From Mobula hypostoma (taxonomy: Eukaryota): a stretch of 64,000 nt of DNA. The notes under the pieces are model-generated. The model was not told the DNA's origin and made no database searches. It worked only from the letters and a program-made list of their open reading frames with translations. Shown piece by piece: positions 61,345 to 64,000 of this stretch (positions within the stretch are counted from its first letter, which is position 1; every line of letters begins with the position of its first letter). The stretch is from NCBI RefSeq assembly GCF_963921235.1, contig NC_086098.1, positions 1,798,001 to 1,862,000 on the forward strand. Reading direction: 5' to 3'. Position numbers and translations under genes: made by a program.

Positions 61345-64000
61345 TGTATGAACATCAGGAAGGGGAAGTCAGGAGAACATACACCGGTCTGCATTGAGAT
61401 GTTGGTGGTGCTGAGAGAGAGCAGCTTCAGGATCTCAGAGGATCTGTCCTGGGCCCAATCATGAAGAAGGCACACCATCAGCTGTACTTATTTATTAGTT
61501 TGAAGAGATTTGATATATCATTGACTATCACCATGCAGCACTCACGTTGATAGTGATGAAATGCTTTGTGAGGTTGGTCAATGGCTCTCCACACGGCTTT
61601 AGACCACCTGGACAACACAAACACCTACGTCAGGATGCTGTTCATCGACTATAGCTCAGCATTTACTACCATCATTCCCACAATCCTGATTGAGAAGTTG
61701 CAGAACCTGGGCCTCTATACCTCCCTCTGCAATTGGAAGCTCACCTTCCTAACCAGAAGACCACAATCTGTGCGGATTAGTGATAACATATCCTCATATC
61801 CTCCTTGCTGAGGATCAACACTGGCCCACCTCAGGGTGTGTGCTTAGCCCACTGCTCTGCTCTCTATATACACATGATTGTGTGGCTAGGCATTGATCAA
61901 ATGCTATCTACAAATTTGCTGATGGGACAACCATTGTTGGTAGAATCTCAGGTGGTGACGAGAGGGCGTACAGGAGTGAGCTATGCCAACTAGTGGAGTG
62001 GTGCCGCAGCAACAACCTGGCACTCAACGTCAGTAAGATGAAACAGCTGATTCTGGACTTCAGGAAGGGTAAGACGAAGGAACACAGACTAATCTACTGT
62101 CTTCACTAAGGAGGACATAAATAATCTTCCAGAAATAGTAAGGGACAGAGGGTCCAGTGAGATGGAGGAACTGAGCGAAATACATGTTAGTAGGGAAGTG
62201 GTGTTAGGTAAATTGAAGGGATTGAAGGCAGATAAATCCCCAGGGCCAGATGGTCTGCATCCCAGAGTGCTTAAGAAAGTGGCCCAAGAAATAGTGGATG
62301 CATTAGTGATAATTTTTCAAAACTCGTTAGATTCTGGACTAGTTCCTGAGGATTGGAGGGTGGCTAATGTAACCCCACTTTTTAAAAAAGGAGGGAGAGA
62401 GAAACCGGGGAATTATAGGCCGGTTAGCCTAACGTCGGTGGTGGGGAAACTGCTGGAGTCAGTTATCAAGGATGTGATAACAGCACATTTGGAAAGCGGT
62501 GAAATGATCGGACAAAGTCAGCATGGATTTGTGAAAGGAAAATCATGTCTGACGAATCTGATAGAATTTTTTGAGGATGTAACTAGTAGAGTGGATAGGG
62601 GAGAACCAGTGGATGTGGTATATTTGGATTTTCAAAAGGCTTTTGACAAGGTCCCACACAGGAGATTAGTGTGCAAACTTAAAGCACACGGTATTGGGGG
62701 TAAGGTATTGGTGTGGGTGGAGAATTGGTTAGCAGACAGGAAGCAAAGAGTGGGAATAAACGGGACCTTTTCAGAATGGCAGGCGGTGACTAGTGGGGTA
62801 CCGCAAGGCTCAGTGCTGGGACCCCAGTTGTTTACAATATATATTAATGACTTGGATGAGGGAATTAAATGCAGCATCTCCAAGTTTGCGGATGACACGA
62901 AGCTGGGTGGCAGTGTTAGCAGTGAGGAGGATGCTAAGAGGATGCAGGGTGACTTGGATAGGTTGGGTGAGTGGGCAAACTCATGGCAGATGCAATTTAA
63001 TGTGGATAAATGTGAAGTTATCCACTTTGGTGGCAAAAATAGGAAAACAGATTATTATCTGAATGGTGGCCGATTAGGAAAAGGGGAGGTGCAACGAGAC
63101 CTGGGTGTCATTATACACCAGTCATTGAAAGTGGGCATGCAGGTACAGCAGGCGGTGAAAAAGGCGAATGGTATGCTGGCATTTATAGCGAGAGGATTCG
63201 AGTACAGGAGCAGGGAGGTACTACTGCAGTTGTACAAGGCCTTGGTGAGACCACACCTGGAGTATTGTGTGCAGTTTTGGTCCCCTAATCTGAGGAAAGA
63301 CATCCTTGCCATAGAGGGAGTACAAAGAAGGTTCACCAGATTGATTCCTGGGATGGCAGGTCTTTCATATGAAGAAAGACTGGATGAACTGGGCTTGTAC
63401 TCGTTGGAATTTAGAAGATTGAGGGGGGATCTGATTGAAACGTATAAGATCCTAAAGGGATTGGACAGGCTAGATGCGGGAAGATTGTTCCCGATGTTGG
63501 GGAGGTCTAGAACGAGGGGTCACAGTTTGAGGATAGAGGGGAAGCCTTTTAGGACCGAGGTTAGGAAAAACTTCTTCACACAGAGAGTGGTGAATCTGTG
63601 GAATTCTCTGCCACAGCAAACTGTTGAGGCCAGTTCATTAGCTATGTTTAAAAGGAAGTTAGATATGGCCCTTGTGGCTACAGGGGTCAGGGGGTATGGA
63701 GGGAAGGCTGGGTTCTGAGTTGGATGATCAGCCATGATCATAATAAATGGCGGTGCAGGCTCGAAGGGCCGAATGGCCTACTCCTGCACCTATTTTCTAT
63801 GTTTCTATGTTTCTATGTAGAGGGATCAGAAGTGGAGAGAGTGAGCAGCTTCAAGTTCCTGGGTGTCAAGATCTCTGAGGATCTAATCTGGTCCCAACAT
63901 ATCGATGTCGTTATAAAGAAGGCAAGACCTCAGCTATACTTTATCAGGATTTTGAAGATATTTGGTATGTCAACAAACACACTTAAAAACTTCTATAGTC
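61345..64000 (+). mobile_element. Rex1/Babar-type LINE fragments interrupted by a young CR1
   Basis: ORF 61581-61811 [13 protein letters not shown]; host sequence resumes at ~63818 (tagagggatcagaagtgg). Confidence 0.85.
62097..63818 (+). mobile_element. Young 5'-truncated CR1 with uninterrupted 518-aa RT ORF
   Basis: ORF 62162-63718 with all RT motifs (NYRPVSLTS, DFQKAFD, QGSVLGP, KFADD); (TTTCTATG)3 tail. Confidence 0.97.

Overview
Eukaryotic, almost entirely repeat-derived DNA. The repeat landscape (CR1 LINEs with esterase ORF1, Rex1/Babar, V-type SINEs, Penelope termini) points to a vertebrate, most likely a cartilaginous fish such as a ray; this is an inference. No intact host gene is recognisable, only weak candidate exons. 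The window is a nested stack of CR1 LINEs of several ages, Rex1/Babar LINEs, a near full-length RTE, a 5'-truncated L1, a Hero-type RLE element inside a hAT (Charlie/Buster-like) transposon, a Gypsy pol fragment, a solo LTR, tRNA-derived SINEs and Penelope-like (PLE) remnants. The most notable signals are RNA structures. A ~460-bp TSD-flanked non-coding retroposon (10723-11185) begins exactly with a complete HDV-like ribozyme fold. PLE termini carry minimal hammerhead ribozyme motifs (best copy 19889-19926). All family calls and folds were made by eye from motifs; no searches or folding programs were run.
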